Assembly: GCA_963734545.1 (NCBI GenBank) | Contig: CAVTHO010000008.1 | Location: 544,001-608,000 of the forward strand | Direction: 5' to 3' | Source of the DNA: an uncultured Spirochaetota bacterium | GTDB taxonomy: Bacteria > Spirochaetota > Spirochaetia > SZUA-6 > Fen-1364 | DNA length: 64,000 nt | Part shown: piece after piece, positions 30,409 through 40,112 of the stretch | How positions within the stretch are numbered: position 1 is the stretch's first letter | Layout: every line of letters begins with the position of its first letter | Notes under the pieces: model-generated | Seen by the model: only the letters and a program-made list of their open reading frames with translations | The model's database searches: none | What the model was told of the DNA's origin: nothing | Made by a program: the position numbers and the translations under genes

Positions 30409-32652
30409 CTAGGGGATTACGAGCCCCACGCCCCTGAGATCCGGCAGGAACGATTCGCCCTGCCCCGCCTGGGCGGCCAGGGTCCCGAACGGCAGGCCGT
30501 CAGGGGCCCGGGACAACGCCTCGATGGCCCGGGCGAGGCTCGCCGCGGCCGGCGCGGGAAGACTCACACCGTGAGCTTCGCCCCGACACGTCCAGGAAAG
30601 CCGGGCCGGAAGACCGGGCTTTTCGGGCGGCGCGACAAGGGGAAGCCCTGCGACCCAGAAAGCGTCCTGCGTCGGCCGCGGCTGCGGAGGGACCGCGCCG
30701 AGCTCTTTCTCCGCCCGCCCGATCATTGTTTCTACGTAGTCGACCGGAAGCGCGGAGCGCTGCCCCTTTGATCCGGCGGCCTTGAACCAGGAGGCGGCGG
30801 GGCGCGCGAGCTCCACGCCGTCCATCCACGCGTCGAGCGCCGCCTCGAGGGGAGCGGCGAACCGGTCGAAGAACTTTTCGCCCTCGAACGCGACATCGTT
30901 GTCGGCGAACCCGCCGGCGCGGTCCGTCGGCCGGAGGTCGGGGCGATGGCCTGCTTCCCATTCGGCGTACATCCGGGAATGCCGGCCGAGAATGAAACGG
31001 TGCCAGAAGGCTGAATCCACGAGCCCCGACGCGAAAAGCTGGCGCACGGCCTCGGCTGATTCCACTATGTCGCGCGACGTCTGGCCGGGATAGCCATAGA
31101 TGAGATAGGCGTGCACGAGCAGCCCCGCCCGTTTCATCGCGATGAGCGTTCTGACAAGGCCGGGAAAGTCGAAGCCCTTGTCCGTTGTCTCGAGGCCCTT
31201 CTCCGTGGCGATCTCGATGCCCCCCGAGACTGCAACGAGCCCCGACGCGGCAAGCAGCTCGCACCGGTCGGCGGTCCATGACGCGTCGAACCGGACGTTT
31301 CCCCAGAAGGAGAAAGGCCGGTTTCCGGCCGCGCTGCGTCCCCGGTTGATCCGCGCGAACCGGAGGAGCCTGGCGACGGGAAGCGCCTCGTCGACGAAAT
31401 GAATTCCGAAGATGCCGCTGCGGGACGACGCGGCATGGGCGGCAGCGGCAAGGCCCTCGAGATCCGCGGGCACGTACCGTGACACGTAGTCCAGCTCGGT
31501 GTCGCAGAACGTGCACCGCCGCCAGTAGCAGCCATGCGCGAGCCGGTACTTGAGCCAGGGCGTATCCGACCAGAGCCGGTGCATGGGATTCTCGGAATCC
31601 GCAACACGCAGATAGGACGCGAAATCGACGCCGCGATAGTCGGGGAACACGCCGATGAGCGCGCGCTGCTCGACTGCCTGGAATCGATCGGGCGCGGAGG
31701 CATGGTCCCCCCGGTTCTCGGGAAACCCCATCCGCCGCACGCGGCCTTCGTCATCGCGATACATCGTCCGGTAGAGCGATTCCTTCGGCGCGCCCGCCTC
31801 GACCTCGAGGATGGAGGCGAGGCTCCCGTATCCGGCGTCGAAAGAAAGGTAGTCGCAATAGTCGAAGAGACGCCCGTCCGTCAAGGAGCGCAGCTCCGTG
31901 GAGACGTAGCCGCCTCCGCACACGACACGGGTCCGACCGCCGAATGCGGCGTGCGCTTCCCGGGCCGCGACCAGCGCGCCCGCGAGGCAGCCGGGGAAAG
32001 GGATGGAGAGAAGGACGAGGTCGGGATGGCCCGTGCCGCCGGAAACGAAGGACCGCTGCAGGTAGGGGCGATAGAATGCCTGCATGAGATAGGCGTTCGG
32101 AAGCGCTTCTTCGACGGCGTGGAAGTCTTTCAGTGAGCGGCCGAGCCGTTCCCCGTACCTGACCGTGGCAAACTCCGGATCCAGCGTGAACGACACGAAA
32201 TCACCCAGGTCCTCGAGGATGCGGGTCGCCAGGGCGCGCGCATCGTCGGGTCCGATGCGGCCTCCGGAAGCCGCCAGAAAGGCCTCGGTGCGCTGCCCGC
32301 GAGGAAACTCGGCAGCCTGGGAGAGCCGGTGCGCGAACCCGGGATCGCCGCCCGCGAGAAAGCCCACGATGCCGTCGATCCATTCGAGGTACAGGTCCCG
32401 GTAGGACATGTAGCGCGCGAGCTGCCGGGCGCTTTCCGCGTCCGGCGGCTCGCCGAGGATCCGGGATTGCCCGGCATCCTGGAAGATCCGGGCAAGACCC
32501 TCCCTGCTGAAGATCGCGCGGTAAAGCCCAATGGAGTGGTCGAAGGAAGATGCGTCGACTCCATTTCCTCTCAGGAACGCCTCCAGGAAATGCACGGCAG
32601 GATACGGCGCATTGAGCTGGACAAACGGCGGCTGTATGAGCATGACGCGCAT
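30409..32652 (-). CDS. B12-binding-domain radical SAM protein
   Basis: PPFVQLNAPYPA, GGGYVSTELR, AHGCYWRRCTFCD (CxxxCxxC), FVDEA, HAYLIYG. Confidence 0.88.
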   Translation of the reverse strand: MRVMLIQPPFVQLNAPYPAVHFLEAFLRGNGVDASSFDHSIGLYRAIFSREGLARIFQDAGQSRILGEPPDAESARQLARYMSYRDLYLEWIDGIVGFLAGGDPGFAHRLSQAAEFPRGQRTEAFLAASGGRIGPDDARALATRILEDLGDFVSFTLDPEFATVRYGERLGRSLKDFHAVEEALPNAYLMQAFYRPYLQRSFVSGGTGHPDLVLLSIPFPGCLAGALVAAREAHAAFGGRTRVVCGGGYVSTELRSLTDGRLFDYCDYLSFDAGYGSLASILEVEAGAPKESLYRTMYRDDEGRVRRMGFPENRGDHASAPDRFQAVEQRALIGVFPDYRGVDFASYLRVADSENPMHRLWSDTPWLKYRLAHGCYWRRCTFCDTELDYVSRYVPADLEGLAAAAHAASSRSGIFGIHFVDEALPVARLLRFARINRGRSAAGNRPFSFWGNVRFDASWTADRCELLAASGLVAVSGGIEIATEKGLETTDKGFDFPGLVRTLIAMKRAGLLVHAYLIYGYPGQTSRDIVESAEAVRQLFASGLVDSAFWHRFILGRHSRMYAEWEAGHRPDLRPTDRAGGFADNDVAFEGEKFFDRFAAPLEAALDAWMDGVELARPAASWFKAAGSKGQRSALPVDYVETMIGRAEKELGAVPPQPRPTQDAFWVAGLPLVAPPEKPGLPARLSWTCRGEAHGVSLPAPAAASLARAIEALSRAPDGLPFGTLAAQAGQGESFLPDLRGVGLVIP

Positions 32653-32744
32653 CGCGTCGATCTTACATGGCCTCCCCGGGCCGGGCAAGGGAAGGCGCGG
32701 GGCGGTAGGTGACAAAGTCAGGATGGTGCATAATCGTGGAACTC

Positions 32745-33326
32745 ATGGCGGAGAATCCGGTCAAGGTGCAGTCCCTCGTGCTTGCCGGCGGTGCAAGCAG
32801 GAGGATGGGCATAGACAAGGCTCTCATCAACTACCACGGGGAGCCGCAGGTGCGCCGCCTGGCAGCCATGATGGAGAGTGTGGCAGGCCCGGTGTATGTC
32901 TCCGTACGAAGCAATCAGCTCGCCGAACCAGGCTTCCAGGGCCTTCGCCTGCTCTGCGATCAGGTGGAAGACATCGGCCCTCTGGCCGGTCTGCTGGCTG
33001 CATTCATGCTCGGGAGGGGCTGCGCGTGGCTCGCGGCGGCCGTGGACCTGCCCTGGATCTCCGCCGCCACCCTGGAAAGGCTCCTCAGTGCACGTGACCC
33101 GGCCTGCTTCGCAACCGCATATAGAATTCCGCGGACCGAGCTGCCCGAGCCGGTGTGCGCGATCTACGAGCCGGCGATATTGCCCGTGCTGGAGCGCGCG
33201 CTGCGGAACAAACGCTACAGCCTCATGCTCTTGAAAGACGTTCCCCTCAAGCTTGTAGAACCTGCGGATGAGCGCGAGCTGCGGGGAGTCAATGAGCCAG
33301 GTGAGTTCCGAGCGGCCGATTCCTAG
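32745..33326 (+). CDS. mobA: Molybdenum cofactor guanylyltransferase
   Basis: LAGGASRRMGIDKA, GPLAG, VDLP, EPVCAIYE. Confidence 0.88.
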   Translation: MAENPVKVQSLVLAGGASRRMGIDKALINYHGEPQVRRLAAMMESVAGPVYVSVRSNQLAEPGFQGLRLLCDQVEDIGPLAGLLAAFMLGRGCAWLAAAVDLPWISAATLERLLSARDPACFATAYRIPRTELPEPVCAIYEPAILPVLERALRNKRYSLMLLKDVPLKLVEPADERELRGVNEPGEFRAADS

Positions 33327-33736
33327 GCCAGAACGTCCACGGTCCGGGTGCCGTTCCCCTGCTGCTGTGCGGCAAGCTGGTCCCGGGCAGAGGCTTCGGC
33401 CCTGTACGCTTCGGAGGCGGCCCGCGTGTCGGCCGGAGTCGTCTCGCCACCGGCATAGGCGCGGGAAATCTGGGAAACCGAGTTCTGGAGGGTGGTTTCG
33501 GCATCCCTGGCAACGGGGGTCACGTTTTCCCGCGTGCCCACTGACGCCGGCGCGCGCGTGTCCTCCGCGCCGGCGAGATATGACGGCGAGGCGCTGCGGG
33601 ACGCTTCTGCGGTCCTCCGCGCGTCGTTCTCCTGCGCAGCGGACTGCACCGCATCCGGGGTCGTCTCCGGCGGCCTGCTGGTCTGTATTGCCCGATTGAT
33701 CACGGGCGAGATCGACGAAACTGCTTCGATCGCCAT
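33323..33736 (-). CDS. Small SprA-related-domain-like protein
   Basis: GAGG RBS; ETTLQ...RAYA....PAD.RAASEAY..EA.AR resembles the SprA-related C-terminal motif; ends VDVLA. Confidence 0.55.
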   Translation of the reverse strand: MAIEAVSSISPVINRAIQTSRPPETTPDAVQSAAQENDARRTAEASRSASPSYLAGAEDTRAPASVGTRENVTPVARDAETTLQNSVSQISRAYAGGETTPADTRAASEAYRAEASARDQLAAQQQGNGTRTVDVLA

Positions 33737-33821
33737 ATGGATACCTCGTCTCGACTCGTTTTCAATGTACCACGAATCACGGCGCGATTCAAACCGCGCG
33801 CACGGGGCGCGCTTCGGGGCT

Positions 33822-36552
33822 TCAGCCGGTTGTGCGCATGCCCGCGGCCACCCCTTCGATGGTCAGACGAAGGAGCTCGCGGCACTCGGTCTGACGCGGG
33901 ACGTCGCCTTCCTGCTCGGCCTCCCTGAGCCGGCGCAGCCACTCCACCTGCAGGAGGTTCAGCGGGTCGGTATTCGGGTTCCGCAGCATGATGGACCGCT
34001 TCAACCAGGGGATCTCTTCCAGCAGGTCGGCGTGGCCGTTTGTTTTCAGCACGGCATCCCGGCTGCGCCCGTACTCCGCCGCGATCAGTCCCCAGATCCG
34101 TTCCCTGATCTCGACATCCTCCACGAGCTGCGCGTACATGCGCCCGATTTCCATCTCCGACTTGGCGAGCGCGAGCACGGCGTTGTCGAGGGTCGCACGG
34201 AAGAACGGCCAGCCCTCGTACATCTCCTGGAGCGTGCTCCACCCGTCCGCGTGCGCGCGCGCAAAGCACTGGAACGCGGAGCCGATGCCGTACCAGGCCG
34301 GGATCATGCACCTGTTCTGGGTCCAGGCAAAAACCCAAGGGATAGCGCGCAGGTCGGCGAGGCTGCGGATCCCCCGGCGATGCGCCGGCCGCGAGGCGAT
34401 GGGCAGCGACTCGATCTCCCTTATGGGAGTTGCCTGCTCGAAAAAGGAAAGGAACCCCGGCTGGTCGATGAGACCCCTGTACGCCGCCAGGGCCTCGGTG
34501 GCGAGCTCCTGCATTGCATCGCGCCACCGCGCGCGCGGCGGAGAGAGCGGCTTCAACGAGGCAGCCAGGGTGGCCCAGATGACCTGCTCGAGGTGCCGGG
34601 CAGCGATGGGGGGATCGTCATACCGGTCCGCAAGGACCTCGCCCTGTTCGGTCATGCGGAGCCCTGCCCCGAGGGATTCGGGCGGAAGCGCCAGGATGCT
34701 GCGGGCGGCAGGGCCCCCGCCCCTGCCCAGCGAGCCTCCTCTGCCGTGAAAAAAGATCAGCCGCACCCCGTGGTCCTGGGCAACCTGGGAAAGCACGCTC
34801 TGGGCCTTGTAGAGGGCCCAGCAGGCGGCCAGGTATCCCCCGTCCTTCGTGCTGTCCGAATAACCGATCATCACCGTCTGCACGTCCTTCCTGCGCGCGA
34901 GGTGCCGCCTGTACGCCGGATCCTGCAGCATTTCCCGTATGATCACCGGTGCATGCTCCAGGTCCTCGATGGTCTCGAAGAGCGGGATGATCTCCATGGC
35001 GGGTCCGGCATGCAGCCGCATCAGCCACAGGGCGGCGAGGATGTCGCTGACCGAGTGGGTCATGCTGATGATGTGTCCGCCCAGGGCTTCGTCCCCCAGG
35101 GTCGCTGCCGCGCGCCCCAGCGTGGAGAACACCTCCAGTGTTTCCCGCGCATCGTCGCTCAGCTCCGCCTCCGGCGGTGCCGTGTCGCGGGAGAGGGCAC
35201 GGTGAAAAAGCTCCCGCTTGCTGCCTTCCGGAAGGGACGCGTAGTCCTCCGCGAGGCCGAGCGCCCGCATGAGCTCCGCGACAACGGCCCGGTTCCTGCC
35301 CGGACTCCTGGCGGATGTCCAGGCGCGCGAAATGCAGGCCGAACACTTCCGTCTGCCACAGCCAGCCCTGCAGGTCTCCCTCGAATATCGGTCCGCCCTG
35401 GTTCTGGCGCAGGCTGTCACGGATGAGAACGAGGTCCCCCGCCAGCTCTTCTCCCGAGCGGTATGCGCCGGCAGGGAGGCCGTCAAGGGATTCCGCCACG
35501 CGGGTGCGCTGGAGCCGCCACTCCACGATCTTCAGAAATCGGCGGTAGACCTCGTGCGGAGAAATGGGCTCCAGGAGGGGAACCACCTCGGGAGTATCGT
35601 GCATGCGCGCATCCAGCGCCCCGCGCAGCTCCCGGGAGACGCCGACCTCCCGCTCTGAGGGGGTAAGCTCGTCGAACAGGAGCCTGCATTGCTCGAGATG
35701 CGCGTCCACGGCCGCGGCCCGCATGCGCAGGAGCGTCTGGCCGGTCACCCGGGCGCTCACGTGCGGATTGCCGTCACGGTCCCCGCCGATCCAGGACCCG
35801 AAGCTCAGGAAGGGAGGGAGACGGAAGGCGGCGCCGGGAAAAGTCTTCCCGAGCGCACGCGCGAGCTCCCCGTAGATGACAGGTGTCACCTCCCAGAGCG
35901 TGGCGGCGAAAAATAATCCGACCTCGACTTCTTCGATGACGCTCGGCCGCCGCGGCCTGACGAGCTCGGTCTGCCAGAGGCCGGTCAACAGCGATCTCAT
36001 GCGGGTGAGCAGCCGCTCCCGCTCACGGGGGAGAAGCTGCTCGTCGTCCAGACGAACCAGGCACTGGCGAAGAAGCCTGACCTTGACGCGCACCGACCGG
36101 CGCTTTGCCTCAGTGGGGTGCGCGGTGAAAACGAGGCCGATGGCGAGGAGATCCAGGAGCGCCTGGCTTTTCACGGGGTCCAGCCCGGCTCCGCGCATGA
36201 GGAGCACTGCCTCCTCCACGGACTCGGATCGGGGCTCGGGGTATCGCGCGCGTTCCCTCTCGCGGAGCACGCGGATCCGCTCCCTGTCCTCAGCGAGGTT
36301 CATGAGGTCGAAAAACAGCGTGAATGCGCGCACGACGGTGCGCGCCTCGGAGTCGCTCAGGGAGGCGATCCGCGCCCGCAGCGCGTGCTCGGCATCAGGC
36401 AGCCCTTCCCGGCGCGCGCGCGCGGCCAGGCGGATCTCTTCCTCCAGATCGTAGCGCGCATCCCCGGCCTGCTCGCGGATTATCTCTCCGAGCATCCGGC
36501 CCAGGAATTTGATCTCTGCTCCGAGCTTTTCCCTTCTTTCAGATATTTCCAT
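33822..36552 (-). CDS. ppc: Phosphoenolpyruvate carboxylase, +1 frameshift near 35300
   Basis: VFTAHPTE, SWIGGDRDGNP, LDIRQES; next frame has MIGYSDSTKDGG, FHGRGGSLGRGG, LRAIPWVF, GMRTTG. Confidence 0.95.
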
Positions 36553-36611
36553 CAGTTATTTCCATGCCGCCACGAATTTCAGATGGAATCCCGAGGATGT
36601 CAACCCGGATA

Positions 36612-36661
36612 CGAATGCCATGGAGTACTATGGCCGCGAATGCCATGGAGTACCATGGCCG
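36612..36661. repeat. 25-bp tandem repeat (2 copies) with internal hairpin in the divergent ppc/sigma intergenic region
   Basis: CGAATGCCATGGAGTAC(T/C)ATGGCCG twice. Confidence 0.9.
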
Positions 36662-36711
36662 CGGTATTTTGCTTGACTTTATGGCAGTCCAACAGCAGAA
36701 TTCCCTCAGGG

Positions 36712-37284
36712 ATGGAACGCGTGGATCCGGACGACGAGGAGCTCATCAGACAGATCAGCCAGGCCCAGCCGGAGGCGGTCCGCGTGCTGTACCGACGCTA
36801 TGGACGGATGGTCTACAGTGTCGCCCTGCGCGCGGTGGGAGATGCGTCCGCCGCGGAGGAGATCACGCAGGACGTGTTCCTCCGGATCTGGGAAAAAGCA
36901 AAAACCTATCAGGCGGACAAGGCCAAGGTCGTCACATGGATCGCGCGGATCGCGCGCAACCGCGCTATCGACGTGTATCGTCAGCGCAGGTCCCGGGACG
37001 AACGGGCCAGCGCGGGGTGGGAGGAGCTGAAGCAGGCGGCCGCTGCGCCGGCGCCGCACCCCGGTGAACGCATGGAGGCCGCGCGGCTGCAGGGGCGCGT
37101 GCGGGAGGCCGTTGCCTCCCTTCCCCCTGATCAGAGGGCCGCGCTTTCCCTCGCATTTTTCCAGGGCCTCACCCACAAGGAGATTGCGGAGGAGCTCGGA
37201 GAGCCGCTGGGGACAGTCAAGACCCGGATCCGGGCAGCTATGCAGAGGCTTCGTTCCATCCTTGATGGAGTCGGTGAGCTGTGA
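36712..37284 (+). CDS. ECF sigma-70 factor (SigK-like)
   Basis: AEEITQDVFLRIWEKA, RNRAID, LGTVKTRIR; upstream TTGACT-17bp-CAGAAT. Confidence 0.9.
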   Translation: MERVDPDDEELIRQISQAQPEAVRVLYRRYGRMVYSVALRAVGDASAAEEITQDVFLRIWEKAKTYQADKAKVVTWIARIARNRAIDVYRQRRSRDERASAGWEELKQAAAAPAPHPGERMEAARLQGRVREAVASLPPDQRAALSLAFFQGLTHKEIAEELGEPLGTVKTRIRAAMQRLRSILDGVGEL

Positions 37285-37357
37285 CAATCTCATTTCGGCG
37301 ATATTCCGTATACAATGGCGGGGGAGAATGGGCTGAAACGGAAACGGAAGCGGAAAA

Positions 37358-38059
37358 ATGGCCAAGATGAAAGATAACCACGAAGAACTGGATCTTCTTC
37401 CCGCGTACGCCCTGGGCAGCCTCGACGCGGAGGATTCCGACCGGGTCAGGGAGCACGTTGCCGGCTGCCGGACGTGCCGGGAAGAGCTCGCCACCTACCA
37501 TGAGGTCACCGGCCGGCTTGCACTCGCCGTCCCCGAGCAGGATCCGCCCGCCTGGCTCGAGTCGAGGATAATGGAGAAAGTCCTGTCCACCCGCCGCCGT
37601 CGGTCCTTCAACGAGATCCTCGGGATGAGGCGCCCGATGCTGGCAGCGGTTGCTGCCGCGCTCATCATCGCGCTCGGCGCGGGAAACATCTACCTTTTGA
37701 CCCGGCCTTTCCAGCCCCCGACCCTTGTCCCCGGTCTCGTCACGGTTGTTCTCAGGGGAGCAGGGGACACGCGGGACGCGTACGGCACCATCATGCTCGA
37801 CCGTGATGACAACAGGGGCGTGCTTGCCGTGCATGGTCTGGCACCACTGGACGCGTCGAGCGCGTATCAGCTCTGGATCATCAGACAGGATGAGCGCAGG
37901 AGCGGCGGCGTCTTCACCGTGACCCCCGACGGGTATGGGTCCCTGCAGCTCATGGTGCCAGCCGGGTTCACCGGGTACACCGGGTTCGGCGTTTCGATAG
38001 AGCCCGCGGGAGGAAGCGCGTCACCCACGGGCGCGCGCGTGATGAGCGGCAAGATATAG
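37358..38059 (+). CDS. RskA-family anti-sigma factor
   Basis: YALG.L...HVAGCRTC zinc motif, TM helix, YQLWII, SIEPAGGSASPTG. Confidence 0.9.
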   Translation: MAKMKDNHEELDLLPAYALGSLDAEDSDRVREHVAGCRTCREELATYHEVTGRLALAVPEQDPPAWLESRIMEKVLSTRRRRSFNEILGMRRPMLAAVAAALIIALGAGNIYLLTRPFQPPTLVPGLVTVVLRGAGDTRDAYGTIMLDRDDNRGVLAVHGLAPLDASSAYQLWIIRQDERRSGGVFTVTPDGYGSLQLMVPAGFTGYTGFGVSIEPAGGSASPTGARVMSGKI

Positions 38060-38137
38060 ATCAACGGAACTGCGCGGGGTACCGTGCAAGGTACCGCGGC
38101 GCCATGATCAAGATGTGATCCCGCTTCTTCAGTCCTC

Positions 38138-38171
38138 AGAAACGCCGCCTCGAAAGGCGGCGTTTCTTTTT
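38138..38171. terminator. Intrinsic (probably bidirectional) terminator
   Basis: AGAAACGCCGCCT-CGAA-AGGCGGCGTTTCT plus T-tract, between convergent genes. Confidence 0.8.
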
Positions 38172-38182
38172 CGGCGCGCGGA

Positions 38183-38944
38183 TTAGGCGGCCGCACGCCT
38201 GAACGAGCGCATGGCCCACCAGAACGCCAGCACGGCAAGGCCGCCCAGCATCAGGACCCCTGCCAGGATGGCAGGATCCGTGAAGTCCCCGCGGAACAGC
38301 GCGCGTGAGGCGGTCACCTCGTATGCGAAGGGGTTGACCGACGCGAGGGAGCGGATGATCTTCGGCGCAAGCGTCAGGGGAAGAGTGATGCCGGACAGGA
38401 GCAGCAGCGGGGTGGCCACGGTATTGATCGTGGAGGCCAGCGAGTCCTCCTGCTTCAGCAGGAGCGCCAGCGCATATGAACAGGATGCCATGATGGTTCC
38501 CGTGAGGACCATCATCGCGAATACGACGAGGAGACCGGGCAGGCTGACGCTCAGACCCATCGGCAGCGCCAGGAGGACGACAAGGACCGACTGGATGAGC
38601 AGGACCGAGATGTCCCGCAGAATGTACGCGAGCAGGATGGCGAGCCTGCTCGAGGGCGTGACGAGGATGCGCTCGACGAACCCGTTGCGGATATGGTCCA
38701 CGAGACCGAAACCCGCGAAGGCGGTCGTGAAAAGCGACAGCATGACGAGAAGCCCGGGCGTGAAGACGGTGATGGCGCCGCCCTGCGGGAACCCGGGCAC
38801 GCTGCCCAGGTTGGAAAGCAGCGGCGCAAAGAGCAGCAGGTAGAGAATGGGCTGGAAGAGCCCGATGAACAGCCAGACGGGGTTGCGCAGGCTCCCCCTG
38901 ACGTTCCGCGCATAGAGGACCCGAAGATCGTTGAGGAATTTCAT
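38183..38944 (-). CDS. ABC-2 permease (DrrB-like)
   Basis: QPILYLLLF, GFVERILVTP, NPFAY; about six TM segments. Confidence 0.9.
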   Translation of the reverse strand: MKFLNDLRVLYARNVRGSLRNPVWLFIGLFQPILYLLLFAPLLSNLGSVPGFPQGGAITVFTPGLLVMLSLFTTAFAGFGLVDHIRNGFVERILVTPSSRLAILLAYILRDISVLLIQSVLVVLLALPMGLSVSLPGLLVVFAMMVLTGTIMASCSYALALLLKQEDSLASTINTVATPLLLLSGITLPLTLAPKIIRSLASVNPFAYEVTASRALFRGDFTDPAILAGVLMLGGLAVLAFWWAMRSFRRAAA

Positions 38945-39945
38945 TTCGTGCTCCTTGTGGATGCGATGAGGGCACCTTCATCCTTGAGTGAGTGCCCGGT
39001 GGCTCGGAGAAAGACGTCGTCCAGCGACGGCCGCGACAGGGAGATGTCCGCGACCCCGATGCCCCGGCCTTCGAGAAGCCGGATGACAACCGGCAGCGCC
39101 TCTCCGCCGTGGGAGACGACGAGCCTCAGGTTTCCCCCCTCGGCCTTGATCTCCCGCACGAGCGGCAGGTCACGGAGCACTCCTATCGCGACCTCGGGAG
39201 CGTTCTCCACGTGATTGACCGTGAGGGAAAGGATATCCCCTTCGATGCCGTGCTTGAGCTGCGTGGGGCTTCCCTCCGAGACGATGCGCCCCTGATCGAT
39301 GATGGCGATCCTGTCGCAGAGCGCGTCCGCCTCCTCCATGTAGTGCGTGGTGAGGAATACGGTAGTGCCCAGTTTCCTGAGCAGGCGTATCTGCGCCCAG
39401 AGCTGGGACCGGCTCACCGGATCGAGCCCGGTAGTCGGCTCGTCGAGGAAGAGGATCTTCGGGCTGTGCACCATGCCCACGGCGATATCTATCTTTCTTC
39501 TTTGTCCGCCGGAGTAGGTCCTGGCGAACCGGTCCACGAACGGGGACAGCTCGAGCGCATCGATCAGCTCTTCGCTTCGCGTGCGCGCTGCAGCGGCGGA
39601 AAGCCCGTAGAGACGCGCCTGAAGGACCATGTTCTCACGCCCCGAGGCAAGAGGATCGGTTCCTCCTGCCTGGCTCACGTATCCGACCTGCCGCCTGACC
39701 TGGCGAGGTGCGGCGCGCATGTCGAACCCTGCAATGGCCACGCTGCCGTCATCCGGCGACAGCAGGGTGGAAAGGATCCGCAGCGTCGTGCTCTTGCCTG
39801 CGCCGTTGGGCCCGAGGAACCCGAAGATCTCTCCGTCCTCGACCGACAGATCGATGCCGTTTACCGCGTGGACGAGCTCCGGCCGTCCCTTTCCCTTTCG
39901 GGTCCGGAAGCTCTTGCGTAAACCTTTGATAGTTATGACAGCCAT
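38941..39945 (-). CDS. ABC ATP-binding protein (DrrA-like)
   Basis: GPNGAGKST, YSGGQRRK, LDEPTTGLDP, PSLDDVFL; GAGGAG RBS before ATG 39945. Confidence 0.92.
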   Translation of the reverse strand: MAVITIKGLRKSFRTRKGKGRPELVHAVNGIDLSVEDGEIFGFLGPNGAGKSTTLRILSTLLSPDDGSVAIAGFDMRAAPRQVRRQVGYVSQAGGTDPLASGRENMVLQARLYGLSAAAARTRSEELIDALELSPFVDRFARTYSGGQRRKIDIAVGMVHSPKILFLDEPTTGLDPVSRSQLWAQIRLLRKLGTTVFLTTHYMEEADALCDRIAIIDQGRIVSEGSPTQLKHGIEGDILSLTVNHVENAPEVAIGVLRDLPLVREIKAEGGNLRLVVSHGGEALPVVIRLLEGRGIGVADISLSRPSLDDVFLRATGHSLKDEGALIASTRSTK

Positions 39946-39974
39946 AACTGTTCTCTCCTCTGCCATTTTCATGG

Positions 39975-40066
39975 CTATTGATTAATTTCAGTGATAAAAT
40001 AGCAGGATGATTAATTCTTGTCAACAGAATAATGAATATTTTTAATAACTAATTAATTTATTTAAT
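39975..40066 (-). promoter_or_regulatory. AT-rich promoter of ABC operon with repeated ATTAATT boxes
   Basis: Minus-strand TTGACA (40019-40024)-17bp-TATTTT; TGATTAATT at 39979 and 40008, TAATTAATT at 40050. Confidence 0.55.
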
Positions 40067-40067
40067 A

Positions 40068-40100
40068 AAGCCGCGCCTACTGGCTGGTAGACGCGGCCTT
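40068..40100 (-). terminator. Terminator after pentapeptide-repeat gene
   Basis: GCCGCGCCTAC...GTAGACGCGGC stem followed by T-rich sequence on the minus strand. Confidence 0.6.
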
Positions 40101-40112
40101 GCTGCCTGGAAA

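Noticed and set aside
30409-32652. RiPP-modifying radical SAM cluster
   Set aside because: No precursor or tailoring genes nearby; looks like a widespread stand-alone B12 radical SAM family
33492-35426. 644-aa plus-strand ORF and similar long antisense ORFs (e.g. 15421..17301, 58574..60166)
   Set aside because: Shadow ORFs of well-supported opposite-strand genes in GC-rich DNA, with no recognisable motifs
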